A stretch of DNA of 64,000 nucleotides, from the NCBI GenBank assembly GCA_024222485.1, contig JAAEPJ010000072.1:11897-75896 (forward strand), read 5' to 3'. Each line of letters starts with the position of its first letter. The stretch's first letter is position 1. The DNA comes from a bacterium. GTDB taxonomy: Bacteria > RUG730 > JAAEPJ01. Of the stretch, positions 46,455-56,421 are shown piece after piece. A model generated the notes under the pieces. The model was not told the origin of the DNA, did no database searches, and was given only the letters and a program-made list of their open reading frames with translations. The translations under genes were made by a program, and so were the position numbers.

Positions 46455-46487
46455 GTTTAATTTTAGGGTCCATACCTAAAATTAAAC
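46455..46487. promoter_or_regulatory. perfect 13-bp inverted repeat (candidate operator or leader hairpin) upstream of the PspA cluster
   Basis: GTTTAATTTTAGG-gtccata-CCTAAAATTAAAC, 58 nt upstream of the 46397 ATG. Neither side has a U-tract. Confidence 0.4.
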
Positions 46488-46621
46488 TCTCATTGAAAAT
46501 GATAATTTTTACTTTTCTTATACTTGCAGTATATCTACCTGTAAGGCTTATCTTTCTCTTCCCGCGATACTTCCAGCACCACATTAAAACCTCTAGGGAG
46601 TGTAGCATTATTTATTTGAAA

Positions 46622-47115
46622 TTAAAAGAAGGTTTTATCCAAACCATCTTTTTTAAAAAAACTGCTTCTAAAAAAGCATTCTACACGTTGAATTTTAGTT
46701 AAAAAATTCTTTAAAGTAGTACTTCCTCGATCTGAAAAACCTTCAAGATCATCATAAATTTGATTATAATACTTTGCTTCTACTTGCTCTAAAATAATTT
46801 ATCCTTTTTTAGTCAAAATTAGATTATAACTTCGTCTATCAGCCTCAGCAGCCATTCTTTTAATGAGTCCTTTGCTTTCCATGATATCAATAATAACTGT
46901 CATACTTGATTTTCAACCATAATTTTATCAGCTAGTTCTTTTTATGTTAAAAAATTAGAGGCATATTTTATAGCCATTAAAACATTAAACTGTAACTCTG
47001 TTAGCTCGAATGTTTTGAGTAAACTTCTAAACTGTTTTGTCAAAATCTGCGAAGGCCACCATAAACTAATTAATATTTCGTGTTTTTTATCTCTAAATTT
47101 TATTGGGAAGTCCAT
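46622..47115 (-). pseudogene. MarR-family transcriptional regulator pseudogene (2 in-frame TAA stops + 1 frameshift)
   Basis: Own translation gives MDFPIKF...LTELQFNVLMAIKYASNFLT*KELADKIMVENQ(frameshift)SSMTVIIDIMESKGLIKRMAAEADRRSYNLILTKKG*IILEQVEAKYYNQIYDDL... This carries the winged-helix MarR pattern (L-T-x-x-Q-x-x-V-L, ELA, GLI-x-R, D-R-R, L-T-x-x-G). Confidence 0.8.
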
Positions 47116-47124
47116 AGTTTATAA

Positions 47125-47636
47125 TTACCTTATTTTTAGACTACTATCACTATTTTTATTTTTTATTATAACATAAACATATAAAATTATAGCTAGAATA
47201 AATAATAACAAACAAATGCCATACATGAAAGAACTAAAAACTAAACCATATAAAGGATTATTTAGTAAGGGATAAAATGGTTTGATATCTGTATATAATG
47301 GTGCATCAAATAATAAATGCAGAACTGCACCAAAAACTCCGGAACATATGTATTGTTTCATTGAGAATTCAAAAGGCAATTTCAATAATTTCATTATGAT
47401 ATTTAAGATTTTTTTAGATTTAAAAGATAAGTAACCAAATAATCCACCAATGATTATTGCTCCTAAAAAAGTATGTGCATAACCATGCAATGGATATGCT
47501 AAATTAAAAGACATGACAAGTAATGGTTCAATATCTATGATTACATTAGCTAAAATAAAAACGAGCACATTGATTGTTTTATTGAAAGGGAATGCACACA
47601 TGCATGCATCCCAAAATGAAACGGAGTAAAAGGCAT
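47125..47636 (-). pseudogene. DUF4184/YdjM-like membrane protein with a 5'-proximal frameshift
   Basis: The ATG at 47636 opens MPFTPFHFGMHAC..., the conserved N-terminus of this membrane-hydrolase-like family, but that frame stops after 29 codons. The remaining 158-aa ORF (ANVIIDIEPL...LHGYAHTFLGA) is in another frame from 47601. The shift lies within the gcatgcatgtgtgcat repeat. Confidence 0.55.
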
Positions 47637-47842
47637 TTAGGTATTTAGAATTTGATAATTCTTACTCCTTTTTAGTCATTTCTTGGATTATCGGTTGCAG
47701 TATCATAGAGTTAAAAATATCTTAACAATTTTCATAATGAAGTATTAATCAATAAAATAGAATGTGGCTGCATTTGCTTTACAAAAAAACCTGAAAAAGG
47801 AAAGAATAGTAGCTTTAAAAAAATTTAACAACAATAAATGAT

Positions 47843-47873
47843 AAAAAAGACAACCCACTATGGCTGGATTGCC
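47843..47873 (-). terminator. rho-independent terminator of the 78-aa repeat-protein gene
   Basis: The minus strand reads GGCAATCC-agccatagt-GGGTTGTC followed by TTTTTT, starting 10 nt after the stop codon. Confidence 0.75.
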
Positions 47874-47883
47874 TTTTTTATTT

Positions 47884-48120
47884 TCAATTCTTAGACTTTC
47901 TTCCTCGAGCCATTTTAGCTCTTGAAACATCGCCTTCTTTATCTAAAAAATAAAGAAAACCTTTCTCTCTTGATATACCAACCTTGATAACTTTTTCAGG
48001 ACTTCCACCTTTTTCGTTTCCTCGAGCCATTGTTGCTCTTGAAACATCACCTTCTTTATCAAGGTAATAAAGAAAACCTTTCTCTCTTTTAACACCTACT
48101 TTTGCAACTTTTTCTGCCAT
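47884..48120 (-). CDS. small basic protein made of two tandem approximately 37-aa repeats (unknown family)
   Basis: The repeats are KVAKVGVKREKGFLYYLDKEGDVSRATMARG and KVIKVGISREKGFLYFLDKEGDVSRAKMARG. It has a strong ribosome-binding site (AGAGGAGGATTCTTAAATG) and its own terminator. Confidence 0.7.
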   Translation of the reverse strand: MAEKVAKVGVKREKGFLYYLDKEGDVSRATMARGNEKGGSPEKVIKVGISREKGFLYFLDKEGDVSRAKMARGRKSKN

Positions 48121-48250
48121 TTAAGAATCCTCCTCTTTTTTCTTTCTTTAGTTATTAATAATTTTAGGATAAATGTTCAAAACAACAAGGTTTGACATTT
48201 CTATATTCAAAATAATATTAAACTAATTTCCTTTTAATTTAAGCAATAAA

Positions 48251-48338
48251 CGGAGAGGGAGGGATTCGAACCCTCGCCAGGACTAATCCTGCTACAGGTT
48301 TAGCAAACCCGCCCCTTCAGCCACTTGGGTACCTCTCC
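48251..48338 (-). tRNA. tRNA-Ser (anticodon GCU), class II with long variable arm; no encoded CCA
   Basis: Hand-folded: GGAGAGG acceptor, anticodon stem CGGGT/ACCTG with loop TTGCTAA, variable arm TAGCAGGATTAGTCCTGGC, and T-arm GAGGG-TTCGAAT-CCCTC. Confidence 0.9.
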
Positions 48339-48523
48339 ATCTTAAGTACAAACTAAACAAAAATATTATCACTGTTTAGAAATATTTTTTTTTGATGCTT
48401 AATGCCATATAAAAATAAGCTAAGGCATTTTTATAGGAAACATATCTAAAAGAAATCTTTAAAAAAATTATTAAATTTCAAGGGAAATTGCAAGCTTTTT
48501 TCTCGTCAACAAACTTTTAGCCA

Positions 48524-51160
48524 CTAAGAAGTTTTAATCTCAAAGTCTAAATTATTCTTTTTCAAATCAATTATAACAGTATTCTTAGGCAATATTTTTT
48601 CTTGAATCACCTTAAGAGACAAGGGATCTAAAATTAAATTCTGGATAACACGTTTAAGCGGTCTTGCCCCAAAATTAGGATTATATCCAACCTTTGCTAA
48701 ATATGCTTTTGCTTCTTGAGAAACCTCGAGCTTTATCTGTTTCCCAAAAAATAATTTTACCAAATCATTCGCTTGTATATCAACAATACTCTGAATATTT
48801 GCCCTTGATAATGAATTAAAAACAACAAATTCATCCACTCTATTTAAAAATTCCGGTTTAAAATAGTCCTTTAATTTAACAAAAAGCGCCGTCTTTTCTT
48901 TTTGTTCAACTATGGCATCATCTTGCTTTTCAAAACCAATGGGAATATTTTTTCTATCACTTGTTCCAATGTTAGAGGTCATAATTATAACTGCATTCTT
49001 AAAGTTAACATTCCGACCTTTACTATCTGTTAAACGTCCATCATCTAGAACCTGCAGAAAAATATTAAACACATCAGGATGTGCCTTTTCAATCTCATCA
49101 AAAAGAACAACAGAGTATGGCCTACGGCGAATAATTTCAGTTAACTGACCACCTTCATCATGCCCTATATATCCAGGAGGAGAGCCTATTAATTTAGCAA
49201 CTGAATGTTTTTCCATATACTCAGACATATCTATCCTGACCATTGCCCGTTCATCATCGAACAAGAAACCTGCAAGCTTTCTTGCTAGCTCCGTTTTCCC
49301 CACCCCACTTGGTCCTAGAAAAAGAAATGAACCTATTGGTCTTTCAGGGTCTTTAAGACCAGCACGCGAACGCCTGATAGCATTAGAAACAGCCGTAATC
49401 GCTTCATTTTGACCTACAACATGTTCTTTTAACTTAAGCTCCATTTGTGCAAGCTTATTTCTCTCCGTCTGCAACATTTTAGAAACAGGAACCCCTGTCC
49501 ATTTTGAAACAATTAAAGCAATATCTTCCTCAGATATCTCTTCTTTTAAGATTGAATCTTGTTTAAATTCATTCAATTTAAGCCTATTTTTTTCCAGTTC
49601 TTTTTCATAATTTCTTAAAACACTATATCTAATCTCTGCGACTTTAGCTAAATCTCCCAATAATTCTGCGTGGTGTTCTTCTTGTTTAGCCTTGTCCATT
49701 TTTTCACGTATTTCACGAATATTAGTAATCAAATCTTTCTCTCGCTTCCATTTTAACATTAACTCATCACGCTCAGCTTTGCTTTCTGCTAAGTTACGTT
49801 CTAAATCCTTAAGTTTTTGATTAATAGAATCCACATCTCCAACATTTGCAATTTCAAGCTCAAGCTCTTTTGTCAAAGCTTTTTTTTCGATTTCAAGCTG
49901 CCGTACCTTCCGTTCTAAAAAATCAATATTTGTCGGCATACTATCAATCTGCATTCTCAGAATTGCGGCAGCTTCATCAATAAGGTCAATCGCTTTATCC
50001 GGCAAAAAACGATCCATAATATAACGAGATGAAAACTCAACTGATGCAACAATCGCATCATCCTTTATTCTTACACCATGATGAACCTCATATTTTTCCT
50101 TGATACCACGAAGAATCGCAATCGCATCTAAAATAGTAGGCTCTCCAACATTTACAGGCTGAAAACGCCGCTCAAAAGCCTTATCTTTTTCAATATACTT
50201 TTGATACTCCCCCAAAGTAGTCGCGCCAATACAACGCAGATCACCTCTTGCAAGTGCCGGCTTTAACATGTTAGAAGCATCTAAAGATCCTTCAACAGCT
50301 CCAGTGCCTATTAATGTATGTAATTCATCAATAAATAAAATAATCTCGCCATTAGATTTGTTTATATCTGCTAAAACTGCTTTTAAACGATCTTCAAATT
50401 CTCCTCTAAATTTAGCACCTGCAATCAAAAGTCCAAGATCAAGTGTGACCAATTTTTTATTTTTTAAAGATTCGGGGACATCACCTGCAACAATACGCTG
50501 TGCTAACCCCTCAGCAATTGCCGTTTTACCAACACCCGGTTCACCTATTAAAACAGGATTATTCTTCGTTCTCCTTGATAAAACTTGCATTACACGCCGG
50601 ACTTCTTCGTTACGACCGATCACTGGATCAAGTTTCCCAGCCTTAGCCAAAGCGGTCAGATCCTTAGAGTACTTATCAATTGCTTTATACTTAATTTTAG
50701 CTTTTCTATTCTGAAGATTTGCATCGCCAAGAATATCAAATAAAGCTTGATAAATAACCTCTTTAGTTATATTTTGTTTTACTAAATAATCATAAAAAGA
50801 AGTCTTTCTCTCATCAATAATAGCCAATAAAAAATGTTCTGTAGAAATAAATTCATCTTTTAAATATTCAGCCTCTTTTAAAGCACGATGCATAACACGA
50901 TCAAGCATAGGTGAAATATAAATATTCATACTCCCCTCTACTTTCTGACGAGAATCAAGATTAAGCTTAATAAGTTCGGTAAGGTGCGCAATATTAATTT
51001 TTAAATTTTCAAGAAGTAAGTAAGAGATGCTACTACGGTTCACAAGGATAACATAAAATAAATGTTCGACATCCATATATTGATGTTTACTTTCTGTAAC
51101 CAGTTTTTGGGCAGAGCTTAAAGATTCCTGTGCTTTAACCGTAAATTTATCAAAATTCAT
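48524..51160 (-). CDS. clpB: ATP-dependent chaperone/disaggregase ClpB
   Basis: 878-aa ORF with two AAA+ modules ([10 protein letters not shown] and [10 protein letters not shown] Walker A motifs) separated by a long coiled-coil middle domain, plus a Clp N-domain. Confidence 0.93.
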   Translation of the reverse strand: MNFDKFTVKAQESLSSAQKLVTESKHQYMDVEHLFYVILVNRSSISYLLLENLKINIAHLTELIKLNLDSRQKVEGSMNIYISPMLDRVMHRALKEAEYLKDEFISTEHFLLAIIDERKTSFYDYLVKQNITKEVIYQALFDILGDANLQNRKAKIKYKAIDKYSKDLTALAKAGKLDPVIGRNEEVRRVMQVLSRRTKNNPVLIGEPGVGKTAIAEGLAQRIVAGDVPESLKNKKLVTLDLGLLIAGAKFRGEFEDRLKAVLADINKSNGEIILFIDELHTLIGTGAVEGSLDASNMLKPALARGDLRCIGATTLGEYQKYIEKDKAFERRFQPVNVGEPTILDAIAILRGIKEKYEVHHGVRIKDDAIVASVEFSSRYIMDRFLPDKAIDLIDEAAAILRMQIDSMPTNIDFLERKVRQLEIEKKALTKELELEIANVGDVDSINQKLKDLERNLAESKAERDELMLKWKREKDLITNIREIREKMDKAKQEEHHAELLGDLAKVAEIRYSVLRNYEKELEKNRLKLNEFKQDSILKEEISEEDIALIVSKWTGVPVSKMLQTERNKLAQMELKLKEHVVGQNEAITAVSNAIRRSRAGLKDPERPIGSFLFLGPSGVGKTELARKLAGFLFDDERAMVRIDMSEYMEKHSVAKLIGSPPGYIGHDEGGQLTEIIRRRPYSVVLFDEIEKAHPDVFNIFLQVLDDGRLTDSKGRNVNFKNAVIIMTSNIGTSDRKNIPIGFEKQDDAIVEQKEKTALFVKLKDYFKPEFLNRVDEFVVFNSLSRANIQSIVDIQANDLVKLFFGKQIKLEVSQEAKAYLAKVGYNPNFGARPLKRVIQNLILDPLSLKVIQEKILPKNTVIIDLKKNNLDFEIKTS

Positions 51161-51186
51161 ACTATATCCTTACCTCTGATCTAAAA

Positions 51187-51555
51187 CTATTGTAACCGTT
51201 CTTCTAATATCGCTACAAACTCTGCACGGTTTTTTGGAACTAACACATATGCTTTTAAAAAGTTCTCTTTTTTCTTAAGATTAATCATAATTGATTTGTT
51301 AAAAAATAAATGCTCAAATTTATTCCCTTTTAAAAAAGGAAATTGTTCAAACTCTCTAAAACTTTCAATATTATCATAATTTAATTTGCGTATAGTTATG
51401 CCAAGAACAACAGTTCTAATAAATTTTTCTTCAAAATCATAACGAATGTGCCAAAAAGCAAAAAGTAAGATTAATGGAGATAAAATGATTAAAATATAAA
51501 AGAAAAAACCTAAAAATTCAAATACTCCCATAAAACAATCCCTCCTAGTTTTCAT
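51187..51555 (-). CDS. hypothetical membrane protein (N-terminal TM hairpin, possible bacterial PH-like domain)
   Basis: The 122-aa ORF fills the clpB-panC gap and has a hydrophobic N-terminus (FLGFFFYILIILSPLILLFAFW). No diagnostic motif was recognised. Confidence 0.4.
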   Translation of the reverse strand: MKTRRDCFMGVFEFLGFFFYILIILSPLILLFAFWHIRYDFEEKFIRTVVLGITIRKLNYDNIESFREFEQFPFLKGNKFEHLFFNKSIMINLKKKENFLKAYVLVPKNRAEFVAILEERLQ

Positions 51556-51603
51556 CGATTAGATAAAAACTTAATTCTTAATTATATTTAATACATTATT
51601 TTT

Positions 51604-52470
51604 CTAAATTTGCAACAATAAATTATCTATTAACCGTGTTTCTCCTATAGAAACAGCTAAAGCAATCAGGACTTTCCTCCCCTCTGGTATTTTAGTTATT
51701 GGTTCGAGGTTATCTGCTATACCAATAAAAATATACTCCAACTTAACCAAACTATAGCACTCAAATATATGGATTAAAGTATATTCAATCTCTTTGACCT
51801 CTCGAATCTTATGGGCAGTAATTAAATCTTTAGCAGCATCCAGGGCTTCTTTTAAACAAAGAGCTTCCTGTCGCTCCTCTTTATTTAAGTATCTATTCCT
51901 TGAACTAAGTGCTAAACCATCATAGTCACGCACTATTGGGCAAAGAACAATTTCTGCAGGAAAATTTAAGTCATTAATAATTTGCTTAACAACCAAAAAC
52001 TGTTGATAATCTTTTTGACCAAAATAAATATTATCACACGGCACAATATTCAAAAACTTTGCAATAACAGTAGTAACACCAGTAAAATGATTGGCCCGTT
52101 TTTCTCCGCACAAATATTCTGTTACCCCCAGAACCTTTACTTTTGTCTTAAGTTGATCAGGATACATCTCCTTACTTGTCGGTGCAAAAACAATATCAGT
52201 ACCAGCTTCCAAGGCAAGCTTACAATCTTCTTCAAAAGTCTGAGGATATTTATCTAAGTCCTCCCCTTTAGAGAATTGGATAGGATTTATAAAAATACTT
52301 AAGACAACAATATCATTTTCTTGACGAGCTTTTTTTAAAAGAGATATATGTCCTCTATGTAGAGCCCCCATCGTGGGCACTAATCCTATGGTCTTCCCAG
52401 ATAAAAGAATGTCTCTAATTTCTGAGCGTGTCTCAAAAATAGTATTATAAATTAGCACTACATGCCCCAC
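51604..52470 (-). CDS. panC: pantoate--beta-alanine ligase
   Basis: GLVPTMGALHRGHISLL (HIGH-like) and FGQKDYQQ motifs. Confidence 0.92.
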   Translation of the reverse strand: MGHVVLIYNTIFETRSEIRDILLSGKTIGLVPTMGALHRGHISLLKKARQENDIVVLSIFINPIQFSKGEDLDKYPQTFEEDCKLALEAGTDIVFAPTSKEMYPDQLKTKVKVLGVTEYLCGEKRANHFTGVTTVIAKFLNIVPCDNIYFGQKDYQQFLVVKQIINDLNFPAEIVLCPIVRDYDGLALSSRNRYLNKEERQEALCLKEALDAAKDLITAHKIREVKEIEYTLIHIFECYSLVKLEYIFIGIADNLEPITKIPEGRKVLIALAVSIGETRLIDNLLLQI

Positions 52471-52564
52471 TTTAAAAAAATATTTTTAGTTCATATAACA
52501 TAAAGCACATTATCTAAAATCAATGCCTTATATAATTTTATATTCTACACTAACAACAATAATT

Positions 52565-54421
52565 TTAAAACTTAAATTTTAGACCAGCTTTATAGGTCCG
52601 CCCAGGAATAGGATAATTAGCACTAACTTGATATTTCTCATCAAAAATATTACTAATACCAAAATAAGCTTCATAGTCAGCTATTTTTTTTGTGACGGTA
52701 ATATCTGTTACAGTATAATCATCAACTCTACTGTTTCCCCATTTATTTTGCCATTGCTGTTCACTAACTGAGGTAAATTTAATAAAACAATTTAAATCAC
52801 TAAAAAGCTGTATATCTAATAAATATACAAGTTTATGATGAGGGGCATACGCATCTCTTTTATATAAACTAGTAGAATCTTCTTTAATCTTTAGATCAGA
52901 ATAAGTATAATTAAGTTCATGCCGTAAAATATTCTGATCAAGCTTTAAGCATGATTCAAACCCCTCAGAGAAAGTTCTCGAAACTTGTTTAACATCTAAA
53001 AGAGGCCATGGGTAATCATCGCTAAAATAGTATTTGACAATATCTCTAACTTCCTGCCTAAAGAACACCATACTCAACTGTAATTTTTTATCATAATTGT
53101 TTACCTCAAAGCCCAAATCTCCGCCCCAACCTTTTTCATACTTTGCATCTAAAGTTTTTCCTTCAGACTCAATGGCATAAATATCATAAAAACCTAAAGT
53201 CTTAAAAGAACTTGCTATATTGCCAGATAACTTTAAGTTATCGCTTAGCTGATAAACAGCACTAAACTTAGGCGAGATACCCTCACCATAATCTCCAGCA
53301 TTATCATAACGAATTGCTAAAGTAGAGGTGAACTGTTCCAACTGAATAGTTTTTTGAGCATACAAAGAATTAATAGCTCTTGCATAATCATAGTCATTAA
53401 TACCGGTAATTCTATTATCTTTTTGAGTTTCATCATATTCAAGTTGGTAGCCAAACATCAAAGTATCACCGAATGTTAATCTTGTTTCAAATCCATATTT
53501 AAGCTCTTTAAAATAATCATTTTTATTATCATTTAAATCTTTTTTTTGATCAAAATTAGTAAAAACTCGTAAATAAAGTTCCCTATTACCAATAAAATTT
53601 CGATAAACTCCCTGCAAATACTCTTTGATAAATTCATTCTTATTATTTTCATAGCCAAAAGAAGCTTCTTTTTCCATGCTTCCATTATAATTTTCTGGTA
53701 CAACACCCCAACCCGGAACACCAACCACTGAGTCATTATAAATATACTGTAAATTAATATCGGAGGTATCCGTAATATCCTGAGCAAAACTACCAAAAAA
53801 ACTTGCAGAATAATAATCGCTATTTTTCCGCCAACCAAGATAAGAAGTGTCAGCATAACTAATATTTAATTTAGGAATGTTAAAATTAACAGCATATTTC
53901 TGATACCCATAACTACCAATATCCACTTTAGTAGAATGACTAACTTCATGCTTTTTCATAATAAAGTTTACAGCCCCCCCGATTGCAGCATTCCCTAAAA
54001 CGGCTGAAAGAGACCCTTTAATAACCTCAATTCGCTCTACCTGATCAATATCAATCATTTCAATTGATGCGCCCCCTAAAGCAGATGAGTTAATTGGCTG
54101 ACCATCAATCATAACTAAAGCATAATTTGAGTTTTTACTGCCTCTTAAAATAATGCCGGTATTCGTTCCTAGCTCACCCTGTTGCTTAACAAAACGAATG
54201 CCTGCATATGAATCCAAAATATCTCGTACACTCTGTCCTTGAAACCTTGCTATTTCATCCTGCGTAATAACAATTGTCCCGATACTTAACCTTTCCGTAG
54301 GTAGAGATGATTTTAAAGCAAGCAACAGTGTTTCTTCTGCTACAAGATTGCTAATTAATATGCACAAAAAAACAATTACTTGAATCTTCCTACTTTTATT
54401 TTTTAATTCTCGAATATTCAT
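52565..54421 (-). CDS. btuB: TonB-dependent outer-membrane receptor, probably for cobalamin/corrinoid
   Basis: Signal peptide, plug-domain motifs (IRGS..NSNYALVMIDGQPIN, VERIEVIKG) and a C-terminal YKAGLKFKF beta-barrel terminus. It is directly preceded by a cobalamin riboswitch. Confidence 0.7.
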   Translation of the reverse strand: MNIRELKNKSRKIQVIVFLCILISNLVAEETLLLALKSSLPTERLSIGTIVITQDEIARFQGQSVRDILDSYAGIRFVKQQGELGTNTGIILRGSKNSNYALVMIDGQPINSSALGGASIEMIDIDQVERIEVIKGSLSAVLGNAAIGGAVNFIMKKHEVSHSTKVDIGSYGYQKYAVNFNIPKLNISYADTSYLGWRKNSDYYSASFFGSFAQDITDTSDINLQYIYNDSVVGVPGWGVVPENYNGSMEKEASFGYENNKNEFIKEYLQGVYRNFIGNRELYLRVFTNFDQKKDLNDNKNDYFKELKYGFETRLTFGDTLMFGYQLEYDETQKDNRITGINDYDYARAINSLYAQKTIQLEQFTSTLAIRYDNAGDYGEGISPKFSAVYQLSDNLKLSGNIASSFKTLGFYDIYAIESEGKTLDAKYEKGWGGDLGFEVNNYDKKLQLSMVFFRQEVRDIVKYYFSDDYPWPLLDVKQVSRTFSEGFESCLKLDQNILRHELNYTYSDLKIKEDSTSLYKRDAYAPHHKLVYLLDIQLFSDLNCFIKFTSVSEQQWQNKWGNSRVDDYTVTDITVTKKIADYEAYFGISNIFDEKYQVSANYPIPGRTYKAGLKFKF

Positions 54422-54439
54422 TACTTCTTCTCCTTAGTT

Positions 54440-54560
54440 CCCGCGAAAGGTTTTTTTATTAAAAATAGGGATAAATTAAGGTGTTCTGGCTTTAACAGTA
54501 GCGCGTCTGCGGCTGGTTTTCACAGCACTTCCCCTTAAGTTTACTTATCTTCTATTCTCC
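54440..54560 (-). promoter_or_regulatory. cobalamin (B12) riboswitch in the leader of the TonB-dependent receptor gene
   Basis: The minus strand reads CTTAAGGGGAAGTGCTGTGAAAACCAGCCGCAGACGCGCTACTGTTAAAGCCAGAACACCTTAA. This resembles the core AAGGGAA..GGTGAAAATCC...GC.G.CCCGC.ACTGT and the 3' GCCAG.A.ACCT element, with TTAAGG/CCTTAA able to close P1. Confidence 0.7.
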
Positions 54561-54564
54561 AAAT

Positions 54565-54611
54565 GAATTGCTTAATTTTAAAAATAATCACAACATTAAG
54601 CAATTCTTTTT
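54565..54611 (-). terminator. perfect 12-bp hairpin between the ABC importer operon and the riboswitch leader (terminator candidate)
   Basis: GAATTGCTTAAT-18 nt-ATTAAGCAATTC. The T-run lies on the plus-strand side only, so its function on the minus strand is less certain. Confidence 0.45.
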
Positions 54612-54782
54612 CTAAAAACAAAAAAACTTAAAGTAATTTAAACCAAACAATACCTATGATTTGAAACTATTAGAAGAGGAAAGTCTTGGCAAATATTTTA
54701 TGAATACAATTTCTTCAATATTCAAGTAATCTTAAGAAACTAGTTAGGAAAACTTTCAATCTTTTTAAATAATATTTAAATA

Positions 54783-55475
54783 TTATCTTTGACTATAAAA
54801 TTTAACTTCAAAAACTTCTTCTATGATACTATTTATTTTCGTTTTAAAATGAAAATCATTATGCTCAACTCTCTCTTTAATTTCTCCATTTTTCATAAAA
54901 ATGAGCTCGTCAAAATATTTTAAAGCAAAGTCTAGATGGTGGATAATTGCAATGATAGTAATACCATTTAAGTTTTTTAAAAATTTCACTAATTTTATTT
55001 GATATTTTAAATCCAGATGAGAAAGTGGCTCATCTAAAAGTAAAATTTTAGGATTTTTAAAAAGGGTTTGAGCAATCAAAGTGCGTTGATATTCTCCTGC
55101 TGAAATTTCTTGAATGCCTTGATGCAATAAATGTTCTAAATCAAGACCTTGAATAACCTCCTTATAATCTGCTCCAGAACTAAAATGACAGCCAAACTCA
55201 ATAAAATCTTTTACTAAAAAATTAAATACAGGCTTACTCATTTGAGCAACAACACCACAATCCGCTTTATTGACAATAATCTCACCACTTAAAATTTTCG
55301 CTAATCCAAAAATAGCACGGATAAATGTAGTTTTTCCACTACCATTGGGACCAACAACAGCAACAAAGTCCCCGACTCCAAATGCAAGATTAATATCTTT
55401 TAAAACTATTTGCTTATTTTTATAACCTGCTGTTAAAAATTTAAACTCCAAAACCTTTTTTTTGATATTTCCCAT
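54783..55475 (-). CDS. ABC transporter ATP-binding protein (FecE/BtuD/FepC class)
   Basis: Walker A GPNGSGKTT, signature SAGEYQR and Walker B ILLLDEP. Confidence 0.85.
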   Translation of the reverse strand: MGNIKKKVLEFKFLTAGYKNKQIVLKDINLAFGVGDFVAVVGPNGSGKTTFIRAIFGLAKILSGEIIVNKADCGVVAQMSKPVFNFLVKDFIEFGCHFSSGADYKEVIQGLDLEHLLHQGIQEISAGEYQRTLIAQTLFKNPKILLLDEPLSHLDLKYQIKLVKFLKNLNGITIIAIIHHLDFALKYFDELIFMKNGEIKERVEHNDFHFKTKINSIIEEVFEVKFYSQR

Positions 55476-55512
55476 ATTAACAACCCATCTTATAAAAAAT
55501 TTATTATTGCTA

Positions 55513-56421
55513 TCACCGCTTTAAAATTAAATAAAAAAAAAATATTGCACCAATAATACCTGTGATAACCCCCACTGAAAGCTCTTTTGGATAAAAAATA
55601 TTTTTCGCTAAAAAATCAGAGATCAATAAGTATCCCCCACCTAAAAAACTTACCCCCAGAATTAATCCACGATGCCTAGGGCCAATCATTGCCCTCATAA
55701 TATGAGGAATCATTAAACCAACAAAACCAATAATACCTGTATAGGAGACACAAACACCTGAAACGATCGAGGCAATAATAAAAAATAAACTTTGTTTTTT
55801 CTTAACATCAATTCCTAAATATATAGCTTCTTTTTCACCCAATGATAAAATATCCAAGGTAGTAGCCTCCTTATAAAAAAAAACAATACTTCCTATAACA
55901 ATGATGGCAACAAGAGTAACCGGAAAAATCCAATTAAGCGGTAAAGAAGCTAAACTTCCCATCAGCCATGCTCTCGTTGAAAAAAAATGAGTATACTCTA
56001 TCAAGTTGACAAAAAATTCAACAACAGAAACACTAAAAATATTGAGCATAATACCAATTAAAAGAATATGTGTAATAGAATATTTCTTTTGACGAATCAC
56101 GCCAAAAATAATAATTACTGCAATCACCACTCCCAGCATTGCTGCTAAAAAATTGGGAAGACCTAAAAAGGCATTAAGATTTACAAATAAAACGACCATG
56201 CCTGCTATCCCCAGAGTATATGGTTCAGCTAATGGGTTTCTAAGTAATGCCTGGAAAACTACCCCACTTACGGAAAGACCTGCACCAATAAAAATTGCCA
56301 TCAAAAAGCGCGGAATCCTTAATTTTAACATAATCTCAGTACTGGTATCATGAAACAAATAAATAACTATAAAAAATAAAAATACAAACAAACAAAGTAG
56401 CTTATTTTTTGTAGACATCAT
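55513..56421 (-). CDS. FecCD/BtuC-family ABC permease
   Basis: 302-aa polytopic ORF with RIPRFLMAIFIGAGLSVSGVVFQALLRNPLAEPYTLGI, typical of the FecCD family. Confidence 0.85.
   Translation of the reverse strand: MMSTKNKLLCLFVFLFFIVIYLFHDTSTEIMLKLRIPRFLMAIFIGAGLSVSGVVFQALLRNPLAEPYTLGIAGMVVLFVNLNAFLGLPNFLAAMLGVVIAVIIIFGVIRQKKYSITHILLIGIMLNIFSVSVVEFFVNLIEYTHFFSTRAWLMGSLASLPLNWIFPVTLVAIIVIGSIVFFYKEATTLDILSLGEKEAIYLGIDVKKKQSLFFIIASIVSGVCVSYTGIIGFVGLMIPHIMRAMIGPRHRGLILGVSFLGGGYLLISDFLAKNIFYPKELSVGVITGIIGAIFFFYLILKR

Noticed and set aside
46493-46702. 69-aa plus-strand ORF with a hydrophobic N-terminus, between the PspA cluster and the MarR pseudogene.
   Set aside because: It overlaps the 3' part of the decayed MarR frame, has no ribosome-binding site and lies opposite to the local transcription direction. 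A small membrane protein cannot be excluded, but nothing supports it.
46622-47115. Possibility that the in-frame TAA codons in the MarR frame indicate stop-codon reassignment or programmed read-through.
   Set aside because: TAA terminates many ordinary, full-length genes in this window, for example the DUF3276 gene and many others. The same frame also carries a frameshift, so simple pseudogenisation is the economical explanation.
47745-47930. 61-aa minus-strand ORF overlapping the 3' end and the terminator of the 78-aa repeat-protein gene.
   Set aside because: It spans a strong intrinsic terminator and overlaps a better-supported gene in another frame.
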